This document shows positions 40,386 through 54,160 of a stretch of DNA of 64,000 nt, piece by piece. The DNA comes from Rhizophagus irregularis. Taxonomy: Eukaryota. The notes below the pieces were generated by a model. That model was not told the DNA's origin and did no database searches. It worked only from the letters and a program-made list of their open reading frames with translations. Both the position numbers and the translations under genes were made by a program. Positions within the stretch are counted from its first letter, which is position 1; every line of letters starts with the position of its first letter. The stretch is from the NCBI RefSeq assembly GCF_026210795.1, contig NC_089431.1, positions 5,580,001-5,644,000 of the forward strand. The letters run 5' to 3'.

Positions 40386-40813
40386 CAGTCGACTCTGGTT
40401 ATAACGAACCTGTTTGTACCGAAACCTCGCTATACCGAATCATAATTTCCAGAACCGATTTTTTATAAATAATTTCACTGGATATAACGAACTTTTATAA
40501 TAAAACACTATATAACGCATCCGAACCAAACTTAACCAGCCCCTATATATCAGCTATATAATAACTTTATACTTTCTATAACGAACGGTCATGTGACTAT
40601 ATAGTAGTCCAGGCCAATTTTATAGTGCTGGCCAGAATTACTAGTAATTTTTTCGAAAATTTATGTTAAAAGAAATTATAATTTTGGCCAGCATTACAAA
40701 TTTGGCCTAAATTACCTATAAAGAAAACTAGTTCGGTATATTATATAACGAATTCACTATATACCGAACTAAACCTCCTGGAACGGAGGGTTCGTTATAT
40801 CCAGAGTTGACTG
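40386..40813. mobile_element. Tc1/mariner-pogo-type MITE, 428 bp, TA target-site duplication
   Basis: TIR CAGTCGACTCTGGTTATAACGAACC / GGTTCGTTATATCCAGAGTTGACTG, flanked by TA at 40384-85 and 40814-15. Internal inverted repeat at about 40610-40708. Confidence 0.9.
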
Positions 40814-42177
40814 TACTGCTCAATATTTCAAGATCATCAGCACCAAATGATGGACCGTAACTACGATTATTGTAGATGGCATGCTTTTCATCTATCACAC
40901 GACTCAAAATATAATTTTCTATTTTATCACATTCAAAAGAAAATATAAAACTATCTTTAGTAGCTACAAAATCACCACTAGATTTCCATTTAATTGGATT
41001 ATATCCTCCAAGAATTTCGTTACTGTCTTTTACTTTAACAATTGTTACTGTGCGGGGTTTATTATCACAAATTTGATGAAATTTATCCTGTGAATGTCCA
41101 TCACGAGATGCACGTAACAATAATTTGAATTCATATGGAGAACTCAACTTGTCTGTGATTCCTAATCTATCGATCCATTTTAAAATTAATTCAGCATGTT
41201 GATAATTTATTATTTTTGAATCAATAGTTTTTTTACTTTCTTTGGTTATACCATATTCTGATTTATCACTTGGCTTGCTGTTAAGATCTAAAAGACTCAA
41301 AAATGCTCTTACTAAATCTTTATAAAAATCTTCTGGAAATATTTTTTCATAAGGGAATATTTTGTCTAAAAATTCTTTAGAGGTTAAATTGTAGAATTTG
41401 ATAAATGGAATAAATCGTTGTAAAGTATTCTTTAAAGTATTAAAATCATCTTGAGAACAATTTGCAAGGTCAGAGGGAATTTCAGGATTTTGAGCAAGAA
41501 CCCATTTAAGAACATGTTCCCAAATTTGAATTTCTCTCATTTGAAGGTTATCACTTTGAATAATTGTAACTAAAAGTTTTTCTGGAATTGAAGAAAAATT
41601 TAAAGAATTAAATATCTTATCTGGCTCTTTTGTTATCAAATCATTACAATATTTTTGAAGTTCTAAGAAAGTATCATTTTCAAAACTTGTTTGATATACC
41701 AAATTAAAATTTTGTTCCATCCAATTTGTTTTATTTTCAATCAAGTAGAATTGAATGCAAGTAACTAGTTCTTGGAGACTAAGTTCGCTAGCAGAAATTA
41801 AGATTTTAATCATATCCTGGGTATCATATTCCTTCAAAGAAAGCTTTCCGCCATAAATATACCTGAAATACAAAAACACATTATTAAAAAAAAAATGAAT
41901 AACATAAGTTTATAAATTATTACCTTAAGATTGGTTGAAATATTTCGGGTGCAATATTTGGTAATTTGATATGTGCTAAAGCTCCATCATTTTTATTTTT
42001 ATTAGTTGTCAAAAGTCTTTGTAAATAAGGAGAACGATAATGCAAAATGACCATATGCACACGGAAGACCTTTACGTAAGGGTCATTACCAACTTCAATA
42101 GTAATATCATAATATTCTTCATCATTCAAAATTTCGAGTAAATTTTGTGATAATTTTGGTAAAAGTTTATTATCCAT
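40728..42177 (-). CDS. BTB-BACK-TLDc protein (paralogue B), C-terminus runs into a MITE
   Basis: Exon 1 42177-41924 (BTB). Exon 2 41862-40728 (BACK, TLDc to GPSFGADDLEI, then MITE-derived residues). Confidence 0.88.
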
Positions 42178-43956
42178 TTTTTATAATTTTTATCGCTAGC
42201 GAAAGAAATAAGAAAGAATCAAAAGAATCAACCCAAATTTGTATATTTCTAGCCTTATATAATTGAACTACTACATTCTGTGCAACATAAATTTATTTAA
42301 TGCACGTGATGAAACGCGCAGTATTATTACGAAAATCGATTTATTTTTTTAATTCAATCATTGTATGTTGTCGAATATAACAAACTAAATTACACGACAT
42401 GCGAAATTATCTTTTATGACTAATTAATTTAATAACTAAGGATTTATATTGAAAAACTATCTTTTGTAACGAAAAGATTTATATCTTTTACAGAAACTTG
42501 TGCGTAAAAAACCAAATTTTCAGTATAAATAATAAAAAATTATTTGCTTCTACCGTTCTAACGAGGAAATACGTTGGTACTTTTTTTTTAAAAAAAAATA
42601 ATCGTTTTACCTATAATAGACGAACTTTACTTTTATTGTCTTTCTCTACCCAAATAATTTCGTATTATAGTAAAATAAATTATATAATATCAATATAATG
42701 ATATTTAGATTATTTCATATATATAATTTTGAATTATGTAACGTGTGGTTGGCTGCGTCCGATCTATTCTACATTATTTATAGTCTTGATCGTTTGTTGG
42801 TTACTAATTATATAATTGGTTAGACTGAAGGTCCTGAGATCGAAGGGTTTATTAAACTTGGCGGCGATATCATTCATTAAATTTATTAATTTTTTTAATA
42901 AATAATTTGTTTAGTAATTGTCAATTTTAAGCGTGTAATCTTTTTTAATAAATAATATTTGTTTTTTTAATTTTTGATTAAATGATCCGGTAGATATTGT
43001 ATATAAATTTTTTTTTTTGAATAATTTCTTAATGATTTTTTATATAAAATAATGTTATAGATTTTTTTGTAATCATAAAATTTTTTAATAAATCAAACTA
43101 TATTTCTTAAACTAAAAATAATTTTGTGGGAATTTTCCACCACCCATTAAAAATTTATTTGAAATTCTAGTAGTTCAGATCCTGCTGGACTGGACCGCTT
43201 GGGCCAGCATTATTTTAGATCCAGGTTGGGCTAGATTTCAAAATATGGGTTTCTCTTACTCTCCGCATAATATTGATGGTTTTGTAAACTTTAAATATAT
43301 CTACATAATTGAAAAATTGATATTTATATTACATCTGTATAGGTTAGTTTAATTGTGATATTTTTTTTTTGTTTCTGTTTTTTCTCAGTTCTTTGGTTTA
43401 AAAATATAGTTATCATCTAATTATTTTATTTTTTATTTCTTTCATTAATTTTTTATATACTAATACTATAAAAGTTTCAAATTAAATTACACAGTATGCT
43501 CTCTTTTTCCATATCTTATTTTTAATAATTTTTTTCGTACGTTTATATCTTTTAAAATGAAAATTACGGTATCACTTCTGTTAGTAAATTGCATCTTGCT
43601 CTTGATCTTCAGGTGCACCTTTGTATATCTCTTTCTTGATCTTTACGTGCTTGATCTTTGGGTATTTTTGTTTAATCTTACGCGCTATTTGATCACATTT
43701 CTTTATTCTCTTTTATGGTCAATCTTTATTTGCTTTAAAATTAATAAATTAAACAATAATTATAAATATTAGCCAATTAAAATTCAAAATTGTAGTAAAT
43801 CGCGTGTATTAATATGGGTAACTCAAATATTACAAATTTCATGTTAAACAGAACAATCCGCTAATAACAACTTAGACTCATTAAAAAACTACTGTATACT
43901 TAAAATATTTTTTTTGAAATAGGGAATCTAAAATACTAAAAATTTTGATTAAAGTA

Positions 43957-45459
43957 TCAATTACGAACAATCTTAAATACTTCACACTCTTCTATAGTAA
44001 AATCGTTTTCAGTTTTTCTAATCGGTTTTTCATAACATGATTGTTTAGATCGTCTACAATAACTACTACCATTGTGCGCCCATATTTCAAGATCTCCTAT
44101 GCCAAATGATGGACCGTACCATTGACTATTGTAGATAGCCTTCTTTTCATCTTTCACCCGACTTAAAATATGGTTTTCAATTTTATCACAGTCAAAAGAA
44201 AATATAAAACTATCTTTAGTAGCTACCAAATCACCGTAAGATTCACTAGATTCCCATTCAAGTGGATTATATCCTCCAAGAATTTCGTTACTATCTTTCA
44301 CTTTAACAATCGTTACAGTGTGGGATTGATTATTACAAATTTGATGAAATTTATCCCGTGAATGTCTATCACGAGATGCACGAAATAATAATCTGAATTC
44401 ACATAAAGAAATTAACTTATCAGTAATTTCTAATCTATCGATCCATTTTAAAATTAATTCAACATGTTGATGAGTTATAATTTTAGAGTCCACTGTTCTT
44501 TTAATTTCTTTAGTTATATTAGACTTTGATTTGTCGCTTCGTTTACTATTAGGATCCAAAAGACTCAAAAAATCTTTTAGTAATTCTTTATAGAAATCTT
44601 CTGGAAATATTTTTTCATAAGGAAATACTTTTTCTAAAAATTCTTTAGAAGTTAAATCGTGGAATTTAATAAATGGAATAAATCGTTGCAAGGTATTCTT
44701 TAAATTATTAAAATCATCTTGAGAATAGTCTGTAAAATCAGAAGGAAGATCCGGATTTTGAGCGATTCCCCATTTAAGAACATGATCCCAGATTTGGATT
44801 TCACTAATTTGAAGGTTATCACTTTGAATAATCGTAAGTAAAATATTTTCTGAAATTGAAGAAAAATTCATAGAATTAAATAACTTATTTGGTTCCTTGG
44901 AAATTAAATTTGTACAATATTTTTGTAGTTCCAAGAAAGAATTATTCTCAAAGCTTGTTTGATATATCAAATTAAAATTTTGTTCCATCCAATCTGTTTT
45001 ATTTTCAATCAAATAAAATTGTAAATACGTGGTTAATTCTTGAAGACTAAGTTCGCTGGCAGAAACTAATATTTTAATTATATCCTGAGTATCGTATTCT
45101 TTTAAAGAAAGTTTTCCGCCATAAATATAACTAAAATATAAAAATATACACTTTTAATAAAAACAATATAATGAATATAATAATCTGTTTATAAATTATT
45201 ACCTTAAAATTATTTGAAATGTTTCAGGAGATATATTTGATAATTTAATATGTGATAAAGTTCCATCGTTTTTCTTTTTATTAGTTGACAAAATTCTTTG
45301 CAAATAAGGAGAACGATAATGTAATATAACCATATGAGCACGAAAAATTTTTACATGAGGGTCATTACCAACTTCGATAGTAATATCATAATATTCTTCA
45401 TCATTTAAAATTTCAAGTAAATTTTGTGATAATTTTGGTAAAAGTTTATTATCTTCCAT
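43957..45459 (-). CDS. BTB-BACK-TLDc protein (paralogue C, intact)
   Basis: Exon 1 45459-45203, exon 2 45130-43957. Complete TLDc ending YEKPIR...EECEVFKIV. Confidence 0.92.
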
Positions 45460-45949
45460 GTTTTATAATAATTTTGGCGTTAAAAGAAGGAAAGAAAAAG
45501 AATTAATACAAATTTGTAAATGTTCGGCCTTATATAATTAATCTGTGCAACATTAAAAAAAACTCTAAAAAATTATATATACGTAATTATCCATAATACG
45601 TGACACGAAATTATATAATTAAAGGATGCGTGTTACGACCGTTTAAAATTTTAAAATTTTCTCGGTTTTTGTCCAATCAATTTTCTAATTAGTATTTTAA
45701 TTATACATATTTATTTTTATTAAAATCCATATATCAATCTATTATGGTCAGCTTTCATATGTACTAGTAACTTTTTAATTTAGCGTATATAAATTCAAAT
45801 CTTAGTTCCTACGATTAAAATAATGAAAATTCTTTCGTCAAGTTCAATTCCATTTTCAATTACATTATTACTGCGTCGTTTTGGGCTTTTACTTTACAAA
45901 ATAAATTTAATAAAATATTATTTTTTTTTTAGTTTAACTCTTATTTCTT

Positions 45950-47110
45950 TGCATTATTTCTAATACATATAATGATTTTCCCAACTTATTTTCTTTAACA
46001 TATTTAATATATTTATCCATCATACTATTATATATAATCTCAATGATAATTTAATTAAGATTTTATTAAATTGATGATCGTAGGAATTGGTAAATTTCTT
46101 AAAAAATTAAAATTTTTTATTTAATTAACTATATTTCTCTCCTTTAGAAATTCTAAAAAAATAATCAAAGCATTTTGATATTCCATCTCCATATTTTCCA
46201 TATTATGTTGATTCTCATAAGTCAACGATTTATTAAAGAAAGTTTTGTACAACATATCTTTATAATTTCTTCTTGCAATCTTTATTTTTACATAATCTAT
46301 ATTTTAATGTTTTATTTCAAATATCTTCTAATTGTTCATGATTTTTGCAATGTTGTAATAAGATTAAAAATGTCGTTCCATCTGGTCCAATTTTCCAATG
46401 CGACATTAATATATCTGTATTCTCTTGTATATTAGCGTCTTTTGATGAAATTTTTATAGAGAACTTGGTTTGAATATGATTTCTTTATATAATATCATGT
46501 TAAAGAGTATTGATTATAATCTTGGATAAATTTTTTGAATTCTTGTTCATTAACAATGGAAAAAGAATATTCTTTAAATATTCTTTTAAGAATCCATCCG
46601 ACATATTGTATAATTTATGATCAGAATTTAATTATAATTGATAAAACGTGTACACAAGACAAATCCCATTATGTGATAGTTCATCATATAAATTTAATAC
46701 TTGTTGATCTGATTTACAAAGATTCAATTTTAAAGAAACTTGAATAAATTGATCACTTAAAATGCCATTTACTTTATTTAATATTGTACGATACAATATT
46801 CTTGTGTTGATATGAATGATTTTTCTTCATTAATTTTTCCATTTTTTAAGAAATTGATAAACTTATTAATATCAAATCCATTAAAACTATCTGAAGATTT
46901 TCCTATTAATGTATCATTTTTGTTATTATTCAAGTCACTTTGTTTTAAAGGTATTTCAATATCCTTTGAAATTTCTGTTGAATATTTTCTCATTAATTTA
47001 TATTATATTTGGTGTTTGTTTAGTACATAGTAACTTCTTATCATTATAGATATTTTTTAAGGTTGTGGAATATTTTAAATTACCACCATCAAATCCTCGT
47101 TTTAAATAAT
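45950..47110 (-). pseudogene. Degraded K/N/I-rich coding region of unknown family
   Basis: Coding-like fragments (KRGFDGGNLKYST, MRKYSTEISKDIE..) broken by stops. Confidence 0.3.
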
Positions 47111-47798
47111 GAAGATGTTTTAATATTTGTTTAAAATGTATTCCTTTCTTTTAATGTAATATTTGCTTGTGATAACATTTTTTTTTCTAAAATTTCTTTT
47201 ATAGCATTCTTTTTTTTTCACAAGTAAGTTATTACAATAAATAGGAATTATTCTCATTTACAAATACAGGGTGGAAGCTATATAACTATATTTTTTTTTT
47301 GGAAAATCATTCGGGATCGTGAATCGCGAGCAACCCAGCAGGTGTCTTTGTCGACAGATTTATTCAACCAATCATTTGTTACGCTCATATTTTAATTTCC
47401 ATTTCGCTCCGCTATCTTTACCTAGTTGACCTATTTCGATCTGGTACTTCAAATCAAATCTTACTTCTCTTGTGTAAAATCTATAGAAATAAGCTTTTCA
47501 TTACTACTCTTATTGTAAATACAAATCATTAAATACAAAATATGAATAATAATAATATTACTAATAGACAGTAATTACTAGAAATATGATCATAAATTTA
47601 TTATTCATAATCAGTTATTGATTATTAATTTTAACACTGTACGCGTACAACTTTCATTATCACGTGATCATTGCTGGCAATTTGTGTTGCTAGGTTTAAC
47701 AGTCAGTACAGCTACCCAATCTTTCTTTTATACTAAATTTCTATTTTTCATTTTTCAAGTTTAAACGATTATTCTTGGTTAGATAATTTAAAAGAACC

Positions 47799-48465
47799 AT
47801 GGGCGAGGAAGTTGATGAAAATAATCAAAGCATTGAAGGGGTATCATTTGTATGCTGTCCTAACAAAGAACGAATCCGAATTATGAAAGCATCCTTGGGC
47901 GAATTGTGCCGAAATGATTCCTTGGACAGAACTCCGTGGACTGAAATTCCAAAAAAACCATGTAAACTTATACTCCCGGACAATAATGACAGTGAATCAG
48001 AGGATCAAGCCTCCATGTCTCAGGTGCAAATTAGTAGCGAAGATGGTGACTTCTCGACAATCTGAGTAATTCATTAATGTTGGTTGAGATGATCGCATGT
48101 GAAACTGATATTTGCCGTGTTCATCTTCTATCGGTCTTGAAATCAAAACTAAAATACCTCTAGAAGATCTTATTGTTTATATAGAGCGTGTTAAATAGTA
48201 TGGTTTCGACCATATCATTATCATCGGGGAACTTTATTGTGAAATGCTTTTTCTAGACTGTTACGGTCGTTTATTTGGATGGGAACATATGCGATATTTG
48301 TTATTGCCACTTGGGGATTATTTGAAAAAAGATTTTCAGCTTGGTCCAGCAGCAGTGGCATGGGGAACAACAACAGATGGATCTGTATTTGAGTTTAAGA
48401 TCAAAGAAGGTCGATGTTTTATATTCCATATTTTTTCCGTAAAAGGAACATATTTCCGGAATTAA
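47799..48465 (+). pseudogene. Disrupted hypothetical protein
   Basis: Two ORF pieces (MGEEVDE..; FLDCYGRLFGWEHM..LLPLGD) separated by coding-like sequence with stops. Confidence 0.45.
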
Positions 48466-50178
48466 TAATAACCTTATATCACGGAACTTATCGAATAATT
48501 TACATTTCCCGTTAATGGATCAGAATTTTTACAGAAATAACGGATAAAATTTTTTACAGGGAATGTGCTTTGACCATTACATTCTCTAGAAAAGTTTTAA
48601 CTCGTTCTAACATTTATTGAAATCCCATATTTTCTAGGAGTTGTAATAATCACTCGTGTTAGGTCACATGAAAAACTTTTGTTTATAATGTACTGGTTGT
48701 GCCGTCGATGCATAGAGACCACGGTAAGAGATCTCTATTTTGATCAATTCTGTTACTTGGTCATCTATTAATGTTATCAGAAGAAAAAAATACATAGTGA
48801 GTCCTGTTGTTATGACTGATGTTAAAGCATTGTGCGACTCCCGTTTGTATCAAAACAAGAGTATCCCGGTTTTGTACAAAAGATCTTTTGCCCACCCCGA
48901 AATTCTGTAAGTTTAAGTGCCGATTTACACATTGTATCTAAACCAATATTTTCCGAGATTTAATCTTTCAGGCCGTTTTCAACATAAAATCGACATATTC
49001 AATAAAGGTCTTTAGCGGTGCATTTTGGAAATGCGCAACATGCAATACATTTAGTTTTCTCATTGAAGTTAGGAATATGATCGGGGATGAAGGACAAAAC
49101 CGTTGGAACCAACTGGATATTGCGCTATTTTTCCATAAACTACTAGCTCTAATAAAAGGATACATCAAAATTAACAAACATTTGAAATCTTTTTATAAGG
49201 AAAGAAACAATCATCTGATACCAATCAAAGGAATCAAGATAATACAAATGTCGTTCAGCATTAAATTTCTCAATTTTTCTATATTTATTGTTTACGTACT
49301 TTTTCAATCTTGGCTATATCTTGATGGGTTCGCATCTTACCATAATAGCATTTGACGTGTGGGTTAGGAGCTAGTTTTTCCTCTATTTCTTTTGTATTTT
49401 ATTTTATTTCTTGTATAAATAAACACACATTTTAATAATATTGAAAACCAATCTATGTCTAAAAAAAAAAATTCGTTCATTTTTTTCATTTTTGATAAAA
49501 ATAACAAAATAAATATGTAATGGTATTTTAATTTTGTCGCATTCCTAATGACCGGAATATGAAAATCTGATTTTACTTTTTTAATTTTTACAATGATAAA
49601 AAAAAAATTTTTTCGAGAAAAAAAAAAATAGATATACGTTCGCCTGATATTTATAATTAATATACAATTAAAATAATCACTACACAAGAAATACTTAAAC
49701 CGATTATATAGTACACATATTACTTGTGAGTCATACTGTTAATTTGTACAACAAAATGATATTGACAATTATGGTAATCTTTTCAAAGAATTTACGAGCC
49801 TTTTTAGGGGCGGTAACACATATCTATGAGAGATTCTCTATTAAATCTTATTAGTTGTAGTTATTTTTAAAAATGAAGGTACAACTATTTACTAAATTAG
49901 GCACATCATCAAATATTGTACAATACATTTTCACTTAGTTCGCTGTTAATTTTCTCCGATGTTTGTTCTAAAAAGTTTATATGAATAAAGTTAGTTACGT
50001 GATACAACAATGTGATACAATCATGCCGATTTGGAAAAATCCGACGGGTATAAATCGAAATTCTATTCGGAACTTAATTTTCCCTTAAAAAATATCAGAT
50101 ATTATATTTCTTTCTCAAAAAAAAAAACCCTATATTTTCTTTTTATGATTTTTATTTTGTTATGTAATTAAAAAAAAA

Positions 50179-52568
50179 ATGTTTCGAATATCTAGAATAT
50201 TAAAAATTTTATTTTCATTATTTTCATTTAAATTTATATTAACTTTATGGATTATAATAAACATTTTAAATAAAGTTCAATCCCAATTTACGCTTAAAAG
50301 AAGGTTTACACATAATGCTCATTTAATTGATAATAAATTATGGTTTTTCGGTGGGGGGACTATGATAAATGGAATACTTTCTCCAACTGGAGATGTATTT
50401 TATATAGATTTAACAAAACCATTTGATACGACTAATGTTCCATATGTAGCAAAAGCGGCAAGTCCATTTTCATGTGCGTGGTGTCTAAGTGCTATTGGGG
50501 GAGTTAATCAATCAAAAATATTTTTCTTTGCAGGACTGATGGTTAGACAAGATTTACCTAATGTTTTAACGACTTCAATGATATATTCTTTTGATATTAA
50601 GACTCAAACGTGGTCACCAGCACCGGCAATGAAAGGAATGGCATATACTAGACGTAGAGAATTACAGCCTGTTACTGATAAAGATGGAAAAATTTATATG
50701 TTTGGTGGTGGATCTGATATGTTGTTGGGCTTTCAAACTATTCAAGTCTATAATACTATGAGTATTTTAAATTCTGTTGATAACACTTGGACTGCGGGGC
50801 CTCTAATTAATCCTCCTTTGTCTAAAATTGACTATACTGCTACTTTATTACCAAATGGAGATATTGTCTATATCGGTGGTTCGCAAACTGACGTGAATGC
50901 AATTCATTTTGATGTCATTAGTATGAATAAGGTTAGTTTCAAAATATTTTGCTATCGCTACTACTAAGGTTTGACTAATAAAATTTTATTTTAATACCCT
51001 TTTTTTTAAGATTGATATATACGATACAATTGGAAATACTTGGTCAACAATGGTAATTATATGTAAATAATTATCGATAAATTTAATATTTATTATTAAC
51101 GTATTAAACAATTAATTTAGACAGCAACCGGGGAAACGATTACAGAAAGAACGGGTCATACAGCTGTATTAAGTATGTCAATTCTGATATATATAATTCA
51201 AATAAAAAGGATATTATTTACTTATCATCGCTTTTTTTTTTATCTCAATTTATAGATAAAAAAGGAGAAATAATAATTTTTGGAGGAGTGTATGCGCCAA
51301 CTTTAGTCGCATCTCAACCACAAATTGCTGTATTGGATACTTCAGTTAATCCTTTTCGTTGGTCCATTCCTATTGTAAATTCTAAAGAAATTAATCCACC
51401 ACCTCTCATATTTCATACCGCAAATCTTGTCGAAAATTATATGATTGTTGCTTTCGGTAATTTTTATATATTATTTTTGTAATTAACGTAAATTTGATCA
51501 CTTATATTATACATTTTTTTTCCTAAAATATTAGGAAATATAACCAGAAGCAATGCAAATGAGGGACAAAGCGATCAATTATACGTTTTAGATATAAATA
51601 CTTTCACATGGGTTAAAAATTATAATCCGCTTAATAATTCGATCCCCTTTCAAGAACCACAATCAAGCAAATCTTTGGATAAAACGATGATCATTATAAT
51701 AGTAGTTATAGTGGTTGTTATTTTTATCGGTGTTGCAATTGGCGTAATAATTTATCGTCGTAAAATTAAACAATTAGATGATAAATTAACGGTATATCAA
51801 CCTTACATTGTGGATCAGCAAGTTCCCGCATCTCAAATAGACTCTGAGAGTATTTACACATCAAGTAGTAATGTTCCAGTGACATCAAAAGATATTAATC
51901 AATTTAATAGAGATATCAAGCAACTACCAAGTATACCAAGTAATTCAAGTGGGATTTCATCTGTTAATCATAATTATGCTAGTGCTAATATAACACATGG
52001 TGCTAATGATACTAATCACTATGTCAGTAATGATACAGTACGTCAATATGTGGATAATAATAATAATAATCTGGCTCACCAATATGCTAGTAACAATAAT
52101 ATAACACGTCAATCTTTGGGTAATAAAAACAATGTGGCTCATCAGTATGCTAGTAATAATAATACGATACGCCAAAGTGTGGGCGGTAATAATAACAATG
52201 TGGCCCATCAGTATGCTAGTAATAATAATACAATACGTCAAAGTGTGGGAGGTAATAATAACAATGTGGCTCATCAGTATGCTAGTAATAATAATACAAC
52301 ACGTCGAAGTGTGGGCGGTAATAATAACATGGCACATCAATATGCTAATAATAATAATAACACGACACGCCAATATGCTGGTAATAATAATACAGCACAT
52401 TATAATACTGATACTAATATAGCACCGTCTCATGAAAGGTTTAATTTACCTCCTGATCAACCTTATCGTGTTGTTATGATGAACACTGAATCTGGTGAAA
52501 TGTATATCCCACCAAATGCACAAACCACTTCCAATTATAATAATTTAAATAGATTTTCACAACAATAA
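50179..52568 (+). CDS. Kelch beta-propeller single-pass membrane protein with N/Q-rich repeat tail (5 exons)
   Basis: Exons about 50179-50931, 51011-51052, 51121-51172, 51256-51456 and 51535-52568. Kelch motifs paralogous to the 17224 gene. TM helix MIIIIVVIVVVIFIGVAIGVIIY. Confidence 0.9.
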
Positions 52569-53644
52569 AAATAAGGAACGAATTTGGGTCGAGAGGATTA
52601 AAAATATGTTATATAGAGTAATTATATATTAGTCGATTGTATTATATGAACTATTTGTATTTTATTGTTTATATGTAAATTAAGTGTACGACTCCCGTAA
52701 ATTAGCTAATTTATTTATTTGTATTATTAATTTAAATTGAACAATAAAAAGAAAAATATTTAAATTCCTTTAGTTTTTTTTTGTTTAACTAAGCAGAGAG
52801 AGCATTTAAATCAATTATTATAAAGAATTATTTCATTATTTCCCTATACTAAGTAATCACCACTATTAAAACATTTTACATTCTTCAGTCGCCAATGAAA
52901 TTTTTCATTCCAGTCTTAATTTTCGACTTGACCGGAATTAATCAATTGAGCTACTGGTGGTACAGTACGTTAGGTAGGATTTCATTTTCAATGCTAGCAT
53001 ATCTAAAAAAATTTTCCCATAATTTATAGTACATCTATTTTCAAAAATACTTTCCTTTTAGAATTGTGATTATTTTTTTGCTAATAAATAATTACTTAAT
53101 CATCAACTCCTTTCGCGATTTGTCATCTTAGTACTGAAACGAGTTTTTATAATTATTCTCACGACGATGTCCAAAATAATCTTAAATAAAACTTATAAAT
53201 TGTCTAACAATTATAAAATCTCACATTTCCCGAATTACTTCATCCGTCACTTGTCTTAGTCATCAAAATGGCTTAGAATGGTCGAATGGGCTCATTGAGC
53301 AAGATTATGTCGCAACTCGCTATTATGTAATTTCGCCTCTTTAAGTTAAAAGTAAATGTGTACTCTTCTAGTTTTTCACCAATTACGCATGAAAGAAATT
53401 TTATTAACAATCACCTTTTTTTTTTAAAAAAAATATATATATAATTGTATTTATATTCATAAGATCCAGACTATGCTGTGATGTAATAGGTTCAACTCAA
53501 TTATTATACTTTTCGAGTTTAGTCGATAGTTAAATTAATTGTGAAATCCGGCATAACTAAATCTAGATAGTAGACATAAGCTAAAGCTAGCACCAAATAG
53601 TAACAAATAAAATTATTTATCTGTAAAAACTTTATTTTTCCGAA

Positions 53645-53960
53645 ATGACGAAAGGAGATTCATTAGAAAAATTTTATTATATAATCCAAAATATAGCGAT
53701 ATAGAAATTTTATGTTAGAATATATTTATATGGAATCAGTTAAAGAAGAATCTTTAACAAAAGAGAACACGGTTGAAGTTTTTACACTGAAAATTATTTA
53801 TTATTATGTATAAAGTTAATAATACTAATTTTGTTCACTGGAATTATTATTGACTAAAATTGAGGAAATGGTACCATTAACAGATGATAATAATTTACCT
53901 TAATTTTATTGGTTGAACTAGTAGCATCAATTTCATTAAATGATATTGATTGTCTATTAG
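53645..53960 (+). pseudogene. BTB-domain gene fragment
   Basis: LEYIYMESVKEESLTKENTVEVF and MVPLTDDN..LLVELVASISLN, disrupted. Confidence 0.55.
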
Positions 53961-54059
53961 AGGTTTTCGATATCTTCTATCTTTTACACGGAAATTTGTA
54001 CGAGCGACTATTTATCGTAGTATACAGTATATATAAAAATGTTAATTGCTACCATTTTC

Positions 54060-54160
54060 AGTGAAACGTTCATTTGGCGAAATGGAATTCGACGAAATGG
54101 AAAAATGCACTTTCGACGAAACGTCCTTTTGGCGAAACGTCCCTTCGGTGAAACTTCCCG
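54060..54160. repeat. Cluster of TT(C/T)G(A/G)CGAAA motifs, probable MITE subterminal repeats
   Basis: About six GAAACG/GAAATG units. Single copies near 55444 and 58978. Confidence 0.5.

Noticed and set aside
42300..42312. CACGTG/CACATG E-box-like motifs upstream of several genes
   Set aside because: Short motif; enrichment cannot be assessed without statistics.
51957..52433. Overlapping ORFs (158 aa minus strand, 96 aa plus strand)
   Set aside because: Shadow frames of the Asn-rich repeat in the Kelch gene.
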